A model generated the notes under the pieces. That model searched no databases, was not told the DNA's origin, and saw nothing but the letters and a program-made list of their open reading frames with translations. Source: Candidatus Hermodarchaeota archaeon (GTDB lineage: Archaea; Asgardarchaeota; Hermodarchaeia; Hermodarchaeales; Hermodarchaeaceae). From it: a stretch of DNA of 64,000 nt. The DNA is taken from the NCBI GenBank assembly GCA_016840065.1, contig JAEOTB010000010.1, positions 1 to 64,000 on the forward strand, read 5' to 3'. The stretch's first letter is position 1, and each line of letters opens with the position of its first letter. A program made the translations under genes and the position numbers. This document shows, piece after piece, positions 9,660 to 20,302 of this stretch.

Positions 9660-10916
9660 CTATTCATAGCGGAGGGCTTGAACTGGGTCAAGCTTTGCAG
9701 CCTTACGAGCCGGGTAAAAAGCGAAGATCATGCTAATCACTACAGCGAAGGCGAGTGCGAATAGAATCGTATCCACTCCCAGATGTGGTTGTAGGTAGAA
9801 TTCACTTCCAAAGATATACTCTAACCCAAGGGCCGAAATCAACCTAGGGGCTAATTGACCAAGGGCGTAGGCCAAGCCATATCCCAATCCTATTCCGATG
9901 AGGCCTCCAATAAATCCAAGTAGCGCAGCCTCTGCTAAGAATTGAAAGAGGACAGTACGGTTCCGAGCTCCCAGAGCCTTCATAACACCGATTTCACGGG
10001 TGCGTTCCAATACAGAGACCAGCATGATATTCAATATGGACACACCTGCTACTAGCAAGGCAATTGAGGCAATCGCCAACAGGAACAGATTGATTACTTG
10101 AAAGAGGCTATCTAATGTTTCAATGACTTCGCTTGGTACAAGAACCAATACATTGTCGAAGTAGTAGTCACGGATTTCTTCTGCTATTGCATCAGCTTGA
10201 TTGGGATTCTCGATTTTTACAACTATGGAATCAATAAATTCGTAATTGTGAATCTCTATACAAGTGTCTAATGGAATGAAGAGGCTGCGGTCGATTGTTA
10301 CGGCGCCAGAATATCCAACTTCTTCAAGGATTCCCGAAATCGTGAAAGTGTAGTTAGCGAATTCAAAACCACCCGTAGCATTCCGGACAAGAATCTCTGC
10401 TTTAACCACATCGCCTGCATGGACAAAGGATTCACTTAAACTGCCTAGAATCGCCGAATTGTTCTCCACAGGGTCAGGCATGCCACCTTCAACGAAGTTT
10501 AGACGATGACCGTAAATCTGTTGTAGCTCCGAGAAGTTTGCACCCATTATTCTGGTTTCAATGAATTCGGAATCGTCATCAATTTGATAAACAACTGCAC
10601 CTCTGACCTGAAGTGGCATGGTTTCCTGGACGCCCTCCATTTCTTCGATATCATTTGCTTCGTTTATAGTTAAAAAATCTAAGCCCCATGAAGTAAACAA
10701 ATCACTAGCCGGAAGTACAGTAATGATGTCTGGTTCGAATCCCTCTAATAACCTGGTACTAACTTCTTCGCGAAATCCAGTACCTAACGCCGAAATCGAA
10801 ACTGTTGCCATAATACCGATGATAATCCCTAATGCTGTCAAACTGGTGCGGAATTTTCGGCGGCTCATATTTGTCCAAGCTAGTCCTAAAACTCGTCTCG
10901 CTTTCATGTTTCTCAC
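9660..10916 (-). CDS. ABC transporter permease, MacB/FtsX family
   Basis: RTSLTALGIIIG, NIMLVSVLERTREIGVMKALGA, YPARKAAKLDPVQALRYE. Confidence 0.93.
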   Translation of the reverse strand: MRNMKARRVLGLAWTNMSRRKFRTSLTALGIIIGIMATVSISALGTGFREEVSTRLLEGFEPDIITVLPASDLFTSWGLDFLTINEANDIEEMEGVQETMPLQVRGAVVYQIDDDSEFIETRIMGANFSELQQIYGHRLNFVEGGMPDPVENNSAILGSLSESFVHAGDVVKAEILVRNATGGFEFANYTFTISGILEEVGYSGAVTIDRSLFIPLDTCIEIHNYEFIDSIVVKIENPNQADAIAEEIRDYYFDNVLVLVPSEVIETLDSLFQVINLFLLAIASIALLVAGVSILNIMLVSVLERTREIGVMKALGARNRTVLFQFLAEAALLGFIGGLIGIGLGYGLAYALGQLAPRLISALGLEYIFGSEFYLQPHLGVDTILFALAFAVVISMIFAFYPARKAAKLDPVQALRYE

Positions 10917-11635
10917 TATCCTCTTTTTCCTGCCCTCTCGCTGATGAATTGTCCGTCCCTCATTTCGATGACCCGATCTGCAACAGCAGTTAACCTCTGG
11001 TCATGGCATACAACAATGACAGTTTGTTCCTGTTTTTCATTGACCTCTCGTAGTAATCGAATAATATCTGCACCCGTAGCGGTATCTAAGTTTCCAGTCG
11101 GTTCATCAGCTAACACAATTTTCGGCTGATTTGCTAGGGCCCGGGCGATGGCAACGCGCTGTTGCTCTCCACCACTCAGCTCAGTAGGACGGTGATCACA
11201 CCTATCAGAGAGACCAACTAGTGCAAGAAGCTCTGAACTCCTTTCATGCGCCTCCCTAACAGGCGCGTCTGCTAGGAAAAGGGGAAGTTCCACGTTGGCT
11301 TGTGCTGTTAATTGTGGCATGAGGTTAAAGAATTGGAAAACAAAACCAACTTTATGAAGCCGCACATCTGCAAGTTGGTTGTCGTTGAGTTCCGACAAGT
11401 CCTCCCCCTCGATGAAGACTCGTCCTTCTGTTGGTCGGTCTAGACCACCAAGTAGATGCAATAATGTTGATTTGCCACTACCAGAAACGCCGAGAATTAC
11501 TACAAACTCACCATGTACAACTTGTAGGTCAACACCACGTAAAGCGCCTACTTCTACGCTACCCATTTCGTAGATGCGGTGAAGATTTTCGGCTTCTAAG
11601 ATAAATTCGCTAGACACTATTCTCACTTCATGCAT
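10916..11635 (-). CDS. ABC transporter ATP-binding protein (LolD/MacB-like)
   Basis: GVSGSGKST, GFVFQFFNL, LSGGEQQRVAIARAL, LADEPTGNLD. Confidence 0.95.
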   Translation of the reverse strand: MHEVRIVSSEFILEAENLHRIYEMGSVEVGALRGVDLQVVHGEFVVILGVSGSGKSTLLHLLGGLDRPTEGRVFIEGEDLSELNDNQLADVRLHKVGFVFQFFNLMPQLTAQANVELPLFLADAPVREAHERSSELLALVGLSDRCDHRPTELSGGEQQRVAIARALANQPKIVLADEPTGNLDTATGADIIRLLREVNEKQEQTVIVVCHDQRLTAVADRVIEMRDGQFISERAGKRG

Positions 11636-11728
11636 CTGACTGTAAGTTCTCTCAGATACCTCCGTATCTTTTTAAAGGTGATTCCGCTTCGATTTTCTTA
11701 GTCATCGCCAAAGATGAGGTAATTTCTG

Positions 11729-12409
11729 ATGTCTGAGAACATGGAATCGAAACCAAAGGTTGAGGAACAAAGTGTCACGTTTACTTGCGGTGATTTCCAA
11801 CTGGAGGGAATTCTTCAACTTGTTGGCAAGGCCGGACAACCCGGCATAGTCTTCTGCCATCCACATCCCCTCTATGGAGGTTCTATGGATGATGAGCGCG
11901 GACGCGCAATTGTCGAGGCTGCTGGGGACCTTGGTTATAATGTTCTCCGTTTTAACTTCCGTGGGGTCGGCCGCAGCCAAGGTACATATAACAACGGTGT
12001 TGGGGAGGTCCAGGATGCAATCGCAGCAATCGGGTTCCTACGTCAGCATCCCCACATTGATAGTTCTCGTGTGATACTAATTGGTTACAGCTTTGGAGGA
12101 AGCATCGCCCTTGCCGCAGCATTTCATACTAGTCCAGCAGCCCTAGTCACTCTAAGTGCTCCAATCCGGCTTGATAACACTGATCCGACTCTTGTTACTG
12201 AAGCCCTCCGCTACATCAGTTGTCCCACATATATCATACATGGAAGTGATGATACGACAGTTCCTTTAGCAGAGGCAGAAGCCATTCACGCCCAACTGCA
12301 AATACGTAAGAAGTTCATCCGGATAATCAAGGGAGCTGATCATTTCTACCAAAATCACATGGATGAAGTATGTCACAAAATATTCGCATTTCTTGTTGAC
12401 AATACCTGA
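11729..12409 (+). CDS. Alpha/beta-fold hydrolase
   Basis: HPHPLYGGSM, RFNFRGVGRS, GYSFGG nucleophile elbow, HGSDD, GADHF. Confidence 0.9.
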   Translation: MSENMESKPKVEEQSVTFTCGDFQLEGILQLVGKAGQPGIVFCHPHPLYGGSMDDERGRAIVEAAGDLGYNVLRFNFRGVGRSQGTYNNGVGEVQDAIAAIGFLRQHPHIDSSRVILIGYSFGGSIALAAAFHTSPAALVTLSAPIRLDNTDPTLVTEALRYISCPTYIIHGSDDTTVPLAEAEAIHAQLQIRKKFIRIIKGADHFYQNHMDEVCHKIFAFLVDNT

Positions 12410-12529
12410 TTTCCAAGCAAGAGTATCACATTCCCGCTGATTTATGTAATTTGCACGTAAAGTCGAACAATAATCCTTATTAGTAAAGGGTTCTGGCTAT
12501 GGTCAAAGCATCAAGGCGAGGATCAAACC

Positions 12530-13870
12530 GTGGTCAAAGTATATGGTCGTCCAGCAGAGGAAGTGACGAATCTTCTGCGCCAATCTAAGGTAACGATTGA
12601 TGTCGTGGGCATTGGCAATATGGGGCTTCCTGTAGCTGTATCCTTTGCCAAAGAGGGAGCAAAGGTAATCGGGGTCCGTACAAGACAGGATGTTGTTGAC
12701 CGAATTAACCAAGGTGAATGCCCCTTCATCGGCGAACCTCAAATACCAGAACTACTTCAAAAAATGGTTAAAGCTGGGAAACTCCGGGCGACGACCGACG
12801 GTGTAGAGGCTGCACGTGAATCTGATGTGGTCATTATACTAGTCCCTCTTCTCGTAGATGAATTGGGCAAAGAAGATTATAGCATAATTCGCAGTGCTGC
12901 AAGACAAGTTGGGAAAGGATTAGAAAAGGGTCATCTTGTAATCACTTCCACAACAATGCCGCCTGGTGCGACCGAAAAAATAGTACGACCAATTCTAGAG
13001 GAGGAGAGTGGTCTTGTGGCTGGGAAGGACTTTGGGTTAGCTCATAGCCCAGAAAGGTTGATGGTTGGTCGTGTGGTTCGTAACCTCTACAGGTTTCCAA
13101 AGGTTGTAGGTGGTCTTGATAAGGCTAGCTGTGAAGCTGCAGCGGGTGTATATGGGGTGTTTGGTGAGGTTCTACAAACATCCTCACTACTAGCAGCTGA
13201 ATTGGCCAAAGTATTCGAAGGTACTTTTCGCGACGTTAACATTGCCTATGCAAATTTCTTGGCAAAGCTTTGCGAACCCTTGGGAGTAGATGCATGGGAG
13301 GTCATACACGCCGCAAACAAGGATACCGGAGAGCATTGCATGATTCATCGCCCAAGCAGCGGAGTAGGGGGACACTGCATACCAGTGTATCCGTGGTTTC
13401 TCATTAACAAGGCGAAAGAACTTGGAGTTGACGCAACTCTTCTTCGTCAAGCTAGACATATCAACGATACCATGCCCCAACACACGGTAGACCTTGTCAT
13501 TCGATGCCTGAATGCTCAAGGAAAACCTGTGAAGGGCTCCCGCATTGGTCTTCTCGGTCTATCCTTCCGTTCTGATGTAAAGGAAACTCGGTTTGCGTCT
13601 AGTCTAATAATTAGGGAAATTCTCAGTGAATATCAACCAGAAGCAATCCTAGCCCATGATCCTCATTTCTCTAAGGACGAAATTCGTAAACTAGGTTTCA
13701 CTCCAGCCACTCTCGCTGAAATACTAGATGCTGAATGTGTAATTCTCATAGCCGCACACAAAACCTATCGCGAATCCTTAGCTAAACTGAAAAAGATAAA
13801 GAATCGCCTTGTGGATACCACGAATCTGCTCTCAGATGCTCTATGGAAAGTAGGAAAGATACAACTGTAA
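12530..13870 (+). CDS. Nucleotide-sugar dehydrogenase (UDP-ManNAc/GlcNAc dehydrogenase, WecC-like)
   Basis: VVGIGNMGLP Rossmann motif, SPER, FRDVNIA, GVGGHCIP catalytic Cys. Confidence 0.9.
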   Translation: MVKVYGRPAEEVTNLLRQSKVTIDVVGIGNMGLPVAVSFAKEGAKVIGVRTRQDVVDRINQGECPFIGEPQIPELLQKMVKAGKLRATTDGVEAARESDVVIILVPLLVDELGKEDYSIIRSAARQVGKGLEKGHLVITSTTMPPGATEKIVRPILEEESGLVAGKDFGLAHSPERLMVGRVVRNLYRFPKVVGGLDKASCEAAAGVYGVFGEVLQTSSLLAAELAKVFEGTFRDVNIAYANFLAKLCEPLGVDAWEVIHAANKDTGEHCMIHRPSSGVGGHCIPVYPWFLINKAKELGVDATLLRQARHINDTMPQHTVDLVIRCLNAQGKPVKGSRIGLLGLSFRSDVKETRFASSLIIREILSEYQPEAILAHDPHFSKDEIRKLGFTPATLAEILDAECVILIAAHKTYRESLAKLKKIKNRLVDTTNLLSDALWKVGKIQL

Positions 13871-14057
13871 CAGCTTTTCCTGTGTCAATGCGGAACAGGG
13901 TACGATTTCTCTATATTTTACCAGTTGATGCAGACATTTTTCGCTAAAGATACATAAATAGTTGTGCTTTTTAAGAAAAAACTGATGTTTCTATTGCTAT
14001 TGTGGCGGTGCTATAAAAAGCCATGAAGCACACCTTTCTAGTGAGGTTATAATACCT

Positions 14058-14987
14058 TTGACATATGAAGTCGAAGATGCTCCAAATGGAGCTATCACAA
14101 AGCACGCAAATGTCGCAAAGTGCCCCGATTGCAGTTCGCAAGATATTGTCCATGACCCGCAACGAGGAGAACTCATCTGCTCGGGTTGTGGAGTTGTGCT
14201 CTCTGAAAGTCTAATTGATCATCGTCCAGGAATGCGTGCTTTCACCCCAGAAGAAAAAGCGCGGAGAACCTCTAATGGGCTTCCTCTGACTCAGATGCTA
14301 CCTGATTTCGGTCTCTCTACTACTGTGTCTCACAGAGTGAATGGGTCTGGTATATCTGCTGAACGCCATAGTCGACTAGAACGTATTATGCGATGGAATT
14401 CTCGTTCGTCTTGGCGACGGCGAAACTTCACCATCGCATTTACTGAAGTCAGGCGGCTTGCAGAAAAGCTTAGTCTCCCAGGTCACATCCGGGAAACCTC
14501 TGCAATTTACTACAGGAAAGCCTACAAAAACGACCTTCTCCGTGGCCACAGCATCAAAGCAATGGTCGCTGCTTGTATATTTGCAGCCTGTAAGACCTGT
14601 GGCTTCCCAGTTACCTTAGATAGTGTTCTGAACTCGTCAGAAGAGGAGGAACGAGTTATCAAACGATGCTATGTTCTCCTTGTAAAGACGCTTGATTTGA
14701 AGCCGAAAAGACAAAATCTCGCAGAGATTGTACCCCGCTTTACTAGCATCCTAGGGCTTTCCATTCAAGTCGAACAAAAGGCAAAGAAAATCCTTGCCAT
14801 AGCAGCAGAGAAACTCCGATTATCAGGAAAAGATCCAAAGGGATATGTTGCAGCAGCCATCTATCTCGCAGCGAAACTTCTTGGAGAACAACGCTCACAA
14901 CAAACTGTTGCATCAGCTCTCGGTATTACCGAAGTGACCTTACGATCTCGCTTCAGGGAAATCGCCAAATTTGTAGAAAGCCACTAG
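14058..14987 (+). CDS. tfb: Transcription initiation factor B (TFB/TFIIB)
   Basis: CPDC...GELICSGCGVVL Zn ribbon, RAF B-reader, two cyclin repeats, GKDPKG and ITEVTLRSR helix-turn-helix. Confidence 0.92.
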   Translation: MTYEVEDAPNGAITKHANVAKCPDCSSQDIVHDPQRGELICSGCGVVLSESLIDHRPGMRAFTPEEKARRTSNGLPLTQMLPDFGLSTTVSHRVNGSGISAERHSRLERIMRWNSRSSWRRRNFTIAFTEVRRLAEKLSLPGHIRETSAIYYRKAYKNDLLRGHSIKAMVAACIFAACKTCGFPVTLDSVLNSSEEEERVIKRCYVLLVKTLDLKPKRQNLAEIVPRFTSILGLSIQVEQKAKKILAIAAEKLRLSGKDPKGYVAAAIYLAAKLLGEQRSQQTVASALGITEVTLRSRFREIAKFVESH

Positions 14988-15063
14988 TACAAGTCGATTA
15001 CTCTACTCTTGGAGCAAGCCTTATAGGCGTCTTGAAGACTCCGATGACACCATAAGCCATGTT

Positions 15064-16482
15064 TTGGCTGGTGATGAATTGGAGCCTTCAGAGTCATCGT
15101 TGTCTCAGCTAGATAATCTTCTCAATCCAAAATCAGTAGCAGTGATTGGTGCTTCAGACAAGACTGGCAGAATCGGGTTTGTAGTTGTAAACAGTTTGAT
15201 TCAAGGAGGTTTCTCTGGACCAATTTATCCAGTGAATCCTCGCCTAACTCGCTTGCTAGATATACCAGCTTTTCCATCTATCGGATCTGTTCCTGGTGAA
15301 GTAGACTTAGCAATAATTGTACTTCGAAAGGAGCTTGTATTGAAGGCTATGGAGGATTGTGGGCGAAAGGGTGTCCGGGCAGTAATAGTGATGAGTTCGG
15401 GCTTTAGTGAACTAGGAGATGACGAGGCTGAAGAGGCGCTGACTTCCAAAGCTCGACAATATGGAATGCGATTCTTGGGACCAAATTGTGCTGGGTATGC
15501 AGCACCTTGGGAAAGTGTTTACGCTAGCTTCGAAAACCGAGTACAAACAGGAAATCTCGGTTTCATATCGCAGAGTGGAGCAATGTGTGCAGTATTTCTA
15601 GCCCTTGCACGTGCTGAAGGTTTAGGTCTGAGTATATTCGTCAGCTACGGTAACGCCGCTGATGTTGGCCCAGATGAATTACTCAAATATCTCAGCAAGC
15701 ACGAGCCCAGCCACCTAATTGTTGGTTATCTTGAGGGGCTTGTTCAGCGTCAGGCTCGAAAGTTCCTCTCTGCAGCTCGATCAATTACTCCTCACAAACC
15801 AGTTCTAGTACTAAAGCCTGGAACCACTGGAGCCGGAACTCGTGCGATAGCTAGTCATACGGGGGCTTTAGCAGGCGAACAAGCAATTTATTCTGGGGCG
15901 TTTCGTCAAGCTGGTATCCTTCAAGCAAACACATTGTACGAGTTCATTGACGCATGTAAGACGTTGACTACACTACCTTTACCTTCTGGCAACAGAGTAG
16001 CTATCATGACAAATAGTGGGGGACCAGGCGTACTAGCTGTTGATGCATGTGCTCGCGTTGGGCTATCAGTTCCACGCTTTGAATCTAGCTTCATGCAACA
16101 TCTCAATGAAATCCTACCGCCCTCCTGTTCAGTAGATAATCCAGTAGATGTTGGACCTGAAGGCAATGAAGGAACCTATCAGCAGATTGTACAGCTGCTT
16201 CTTGCCAATAATGAAGTCGACATTGTGCTTGTAGTCTGTGTTCCTCCGGCCTTTAGTGACATCCGAGCAATCACAAAGGCAGTAATAGCAGCAAAAAGAA
16301 CATGTACCTCAAAGCCCCTTGTCACCTGCTGGATGGCAGGGGATATTGTAGCGGAGAGCTTACCACTGCTTGAGAGAGCAACGATTCCCAACTTTCCCAC
16401 ACCGCAACGTGCAGCTACAGCTCTATCCTTCCTAGTTCGGCGAGCAAGATGGCTCAGTAACCTACCTAAAACCGAATCGTAG
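15064..16482 (+). CDS. ADP-forming acyl/acetyl-CoA synthetase alpha subunit
   Basis: PKSVAVIGAS, GPNC, SQSGA, SHTGALAG phospho-His, TNSGGPGV, NPVD. Confidence 0.9.
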   Translation: MAGDELEPSESSLSQLDNLLNPKSVAVIGASDKTGRIGFVVVNSLIQGGFSGPIYPVNPRLTRLLDIPAFPSIGSVPGEVDLAIIVLRKELVLKAMEDCGRKGVRAVIVMSSGFSELGDDEAEEALTSKARQYGMRFLGPNCAGYAAPWESVYASFENRVQTGNLGFISQSGAMCAVFLALARAEGLGLSIFVSYGNAADVGPDELLKYLSKHEPSHLIVGYLEGLVQRQARKFLSAARSITPHKPVLVLKPGTTGAGTRAIASHTGALAGEQAIYSGAFRQAGILQANTLYEFIDACKTLTTLPLPSGNRVAIMTNSGGPGVLAVDACARVGLSVPRFESSFMQHLNEILPPSCSVDNPVDVGPEGNEGTYQQIVQLLLANNEVDIVLVVCVPPAFSDIRAITKAVIAAKRTCTSKPLVTCWMAGDIVAESLPLLERATIPNFPTPQRAATALSFLVRRARWLSNLPKTES

Positions 16483-16557
16483 ACAATTGAGTGGTATTTG
16501 AGAAGCCCACAAGACTAAAGAAGTGTATAACAGTCGAAAAAATGGAGAGATGTTGCC

Positions 16558-18342
16558 ATGCGCGTGGCTGTACTAGATCCAAAATCCTGTAACCCACCAA
16601 AATGTACTAAAGAGTGCCGCCGCTTTTGCCCGGCTGTTCGAATGGGAGAAGATGCAGTGGTCTTTGAGAAAGAGGACAGCCAACCACGTATTGTTGAGAT
16701 ACTGTGCTCAGGTTGTGGTATATGCACGCGTAAATGTCCCTTTAAGGCAATCAGCATTGTAAATATTGCAGACGAACTGGAGAAGGATACCTCGCATCGT
16801 TACGGACCCAATAGCTTTCAATTATTCAGGCTGCCAATTCCAGCTCCAGGTGCAGTAACTGGACTTGTTGGTGCCAATGGCACGGGCAAATCTACTGCCC
16901 TCAAAATACTCGCCTTACAGTTGAAGCCAAATCTAGGAGAGTTCGAGCAGCCTCCAGAATGGCCAGAAATTATACGTTATTACCGTGGCTCAGGTCTTCA
17001 GCCTTACTTCGAGAAGGCAGCCCGAGGTGAACTGAAGATAGCCTATAAACCCCAGACTATCTCAGCAATTCCAGAAACCTACAAGGGTACGGTGGAACAA
17101 CTACTCGCCGCTACTGATGAAAGGGAAATCCTTCCAGAGATTGTGAAGCAGTTAGAGCTGAAAGGTGTGCTGCAGCGAGATATCAAAGTCCTCAGCGGAG
17201 GCGAGCTTCAACGTGTAGCTATCGCTGCTGTTATGACTCGTGATGCGGACGTCTATCTAATTGATGAACCCACCTCATATCTAGACGTTTATCAAAGAGT
17301 CAGAACAGCAAGGGCCATACGCTCCTTGGCAGCCGAAGGAAAGACCGTTATCAGCGTAGTTCACGACTTAGCTGTAGCCGATTATATATCCGATTACGTC
17401 TGTATATTCTATGGAAAGGCCGGGACTTACGGTATCGTATCACACCCGCATGGAGTTCGCGAAGGCATCAACATATACCTTAATGGATACCTACCGGACA
17501 GCAACGTTCGATTCCGCGAAGAGGAAATACGCTTCTCGACACGACCGCCAACAGCAGAGTATTGGGATTCTGTGGAAGTCCTTCTAGAATATGAGGCGAT
17601 GACTAAAAGTTTTGAAGACTTCAAACTTATCGTTGAACCAGGTCAAATACACCGAGGCGAAGTAATTGGAATCCTAGGCGCAAATGGCATTGGAAAGACA
17701 ACCTTCGTTAGGCTACTAGCAAAGGAGGTTGAACCTGACATTGGTGCCTTACCAGAAACCGAAATCAAAGTCAGCTACAAACCCCAATACATCAAGGCAG
17801 AAGAGGACATCACTGTGATTGAAGGACTCCAAGCTGCAGGTGGAGCCGTAGTACTCACAAGCGTCTTCAAATCGGATGTATTACGCCCTCTGGAACTAAC
17901 GGAAATGGAGGATCGCCTACTCACCGAACTTAGCGGCGGCGAACTCCAACGTGTAGCAATCGCAGCTTGCCTTGCCAGAAAAGCTGACCTCTATCTTATT
18001 GATGAGCCCTCAGCGTTTCTAGATATTGAGCAGCGTCTCGCCACAGCAAAAGTCATACGTCATCTCGTTCATGAACAGGGCAAAGCCGCCCTAGTAGTAG
18101 AACATGATATGGTCTCAATTTCTGCATTCGCAGATACAATAGCAGTCTTTAGTGGACAACCTGGGGTTGAGGGAATAAGCCACTCCCCAGTTGACATAAG
18201 AACTGGCATGAATTCCTTTCTAAAAGAGATGAACGTGACCTTCCGTCGCGATCACGCCACTGGAAGGCCAAGAGTCAACAAACAAGACAGCAGACTAGAT
18301 AGAGAACAGAAACAACGGGGAGAATACTACTACGTCGCATGA
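16558..18342 (+). CDS. ABCE1/RLI ribosome recycling ATPase
   Basis: N-terminal FeS Cys motifs, two NBDs with LSGGELQR, TFRRD...GRPRVNK, GEYYY C-terminus. Confidence 0.97.
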   Translation: MRVAVLDPKSCNPPKCTKECRRFCPAVRMGEDAVVFEKEDSQPRIVEILCSGCGICTRKCPFKAISIVNIADELEKDTSHRYGPNSFQLFRLPIPAPGAVTGLVGANGTGKSTALKILALQLKPNLGEFEQPPEWPEIIRYYRGSGLQPYFEKAARGELKIAYKPQTISAIPETYKGTVEQLLAATDEREILPEIVKQLELKGVLQRDIKVLSGGELQRVAIAAVMTRDADVYLIDEPTSYLDVYQRVRTARAIRSLAAEGKTVISVVHDLAVADYISDYVCIFYGKAGTYGIVSHPHGVREGINIYLNGYLPDSNVRFREEEIRFSTRPPTAEYWDSVEVLLEYEAMTKSFEDFKLIVEPGQIHRGEVIGILGANGIGKTTFVRLLAKEVEPDIGALPETEIKVSYKPQYIKAEEDITVIEGLQAAGGAVVLTSVFKSDVLRPLELTEMEDRLLTELSGGELQRVAIAACLARKADLYLIDEPSAFLDIEQRLATAKVIRHLVHEQGKAALVVEHDMVSISAFADTIAVFSGQPGVEGISHSPVDIRTGMNSFLKEMNVTFRRDHATGRPRVNKQDSRLDREQKQRGEYYYVA

Positions 18343-18400
18343 AGAGGAAAACGCTGATAATCGTTAGGCATCCATTCCAAAATCAATCAAATGTCACTTA

Positions 18401-19324
18401 TTATACGGTAAGTGGTCCGAAGCGGCCTTTATGTGGTCTCAGGATTTTCACAATATTTCTTCCTTTCGTGACACCCAGGGATCGAGCGACAGGTTCACAT
18501 TTTGTACGAAGCAGGTGTGCAGTTGGCTTAGGAACTGAAAACTCAGGTAAGGTCTCCCAATGTCCCATTCCCTTTGCCACAACAAGGTCAACTTCATCGA
18601 ATCGACTAAGGAATTCCCTGGAACACCATTTAGGAATAACACCAACAGCGCCACCGCCAGTAGTAATTACCTCTGCAAATTCCTCCAATCGTGCAGCTGA
18701 TGCATCTTCTAGGGTTGCGTCATTCAAAACCGGTGCGCCCTTCACAGCTACAGTGACTTTAATCCCTAGCTCAGATAATATCTTCAAAAGGGGGCGATCA
18801 AATACGACTTCACCAGCGTTATCAGTTAAGAAGAGAATTGACCCAGTATTTCGAAGCTTACGCCAAATTTGGTCGGTTTCATCAATTGCCATCTCCCCTT
18901 GAGCACAAGATACCATCCCATCAAGTGAATCCCAAGGTACCTCGTGACCTGAAACACCATATTCAATAACATTCCCTAGCGAGGCTGCAATGCATGCTCG
19001 TTGGAATCTGTTTTCTGGGGTCTTCGCGGCCTCGACGAAGTCTTCTAGCCTTGGAAGCAAACGTAACGCAGTTTCATTAGACTGACGCTTAAGTGCCGCA
19101 TAGGGATCTGCGCAACCAGTCATTTTCTGCACTGTTTGGTCTCTTGCAGTTCCAATATAGGCAGGTATTTTCTCTACACCTTTACCCTTTGTCAGCGAAT
19201 AGTGCATACCCTTCACTAACTCGGTCATCACGCGAAGCTGTAGTGCCCTATCTGTAGTTGCCAGTTGTGCTTCCTCTAAGCCACGGTGGAGAAGACAACT
19301 CACGCACTGACTATCCATTTGCAC
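18401..19324 (-). CDS. DUF89/ARMT1-like damage-control phosphatase
   Basis: CxxC N-terminus, DPY, GNVIEY, DNAGEVVFD, LNDAT, KGMGHWE, KC. Confidence 0.88.
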   Translation of the reverse strand: MQMDSQCVSCLLHRGLEEAQLATTDRALQLRVMTELVKGMHYSLTKGKGVEKIPAYIGTARDQTVQKMTGCADPYAALKRQSNETALRLLPRLEDFVEAAKTPENRFQRACIAASLGNVIEYGVSGHEVPWDSLDGMVSCAQGEMAIDETDQIWRKLRNTGSILFLTDNAGEVVFDRPLLKILSELGIKVTVAVKGAPVLNDATLEDASAARLEEFAEVITTGGGAVGVIPKWCSREFLSRFDEVDLVVAKGMGHWETLPEFSVPKPTAHLLRTKCEPVARSLGVTKGRNIVKILRPHKGRFGPLTV

Positions 19325-19428
19325 AATCTACAACCTCTGAAATGATTAGGAGAATCACAATCGAACCCCTAAAAACCTTTTAGTTTGACTATCCAAGATA
19401 AAAGCCGTTCACAGACAAAAAAAGGAAA

Positions 19429-19504
19429 TGGCGGGCCCTCGGGGATTTGAACCCCGGATCTCTAATTCCGCAAACTAGCGCCTTAACCACTAGGCCAAGG
19501 GCCC
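19429..19504 (-). tRNA. tRNA-Arg(GCG), intronless, CCA encoded
   Basis: Minus strand GGGCCCT-TG-GCCT AGTGGTTA AGGC-G-CTAGT TTGCGGA ATTAG-AGATC-CGGGG TTCAAAT CCCCG-AGGGCCC-G-CCA; complete 76-nt cloverleaf. Confidence 0.96.
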
Positions 19505-19540
19505 GTATTTGTTGGTGTGCGATGAGTTTGAGTGGAACGC

Positions 19541-19555
19541 ATTTAAAGGCTTTTC
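19541..19555 (-). promoter_or_regulatory. Probable BRE/TATA promoter of tRNA-Arg
   Basis: Minus strand GAAAAGCCTTTAAAT, about 37-50 nt upstream of the mature tRNA 5' end. Confidence 0.5.
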
Positions 19556-19672
19556 TTCAAGCCTTGAAAAATTCAGCAATTCCTAAAATCCTTACTCTTC
19601 AGTTAGCTGATGCGGCAAGATATCTGATATTATGCGAGCCAACGCAGGATTAACCCAGCTATTGTCTCGCAG

Positions 19673-20179
19673 TTATGCTTCCTGAGCCAGGATACCACGC
19701 CAGTTATCAATCTCGGAGAGCAATCCTTCTCGATGCTTATCGGAAATGTTTTGATTAATCTTATACTGCTCAAGAGTACGGATCCAACGCGCCCAGGGTC
19801 CCATAAGACGAGGATCGAATCCGACTAGTCTGTGAGACAACTCTCTCCTCTTGCGCATTGCCTGCAACACATCTACCGCTCTAGTCAGTCGTTCGATTTC
19901 ACTGCGCATAGCGTCCACCTCATCTAGAATCGGGTTTGTTCCATATTGAGCTGAACGAACAGCTTGCTTCTCTAGTATCGCTTCAACTTGGGGGAGGGGC
20001 AATTGAGCAGCTCGAAGTGCCTCGTCACACATCCTTGAGGCTTTCTCGATTATTGCAGAAAGAACTACAATCTTATTTTGCGCAACAACATTTGGGGGCT
20101 GCTCCAAGGTAGATTTACAATCTGTAAGGAGGGTCTCCAAGACCTGTTTATGTGCTCTAACTTGCTTCTCAAATGACAT
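19673..20179 (-). CDS. Hypothetical all-helical protein
   Basis: 168-aa ORF filling the gap, amphipathic helices, no recognised motif. Confidence 0.6.
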   Translation of the reverse strand: MSFEKQVRAHKQVLETLLTDCKSTLEQPPNVVAQNKIVVLSAIIEKASRMCDEALRAAQLPLPQVEAILEKQAVRSAQYGTNPILDEVDAMRSEIERLTRAVDVLQAMRKRRELSHRLVGFDPRLMGPWARWIRTLEQYKINQNISDKHREGLLSEIDNWRGILAQEA

Positions 20180-20302
20180 CTATCGCTTAACCTTCCTGTG
20201 AAAAGACAGACTAGGTATAAGAAAATATAGTCAGGTTGGAGTAAAAATGTTTTCTCAGCCCCTAGACGAGAGGGGAATCTGTTCATTGAAGGCTTCTCAG
20301 GC

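Noticed and set aside
18339-18902. 187-aa plus-strand ORF, and similar shadow ORFs such as 44838-45362, 51000-51470 and 60861-61163
   Set aside because: Antisense or alternate-frame shadows of confidently assigned genes, with no motifs of their own.
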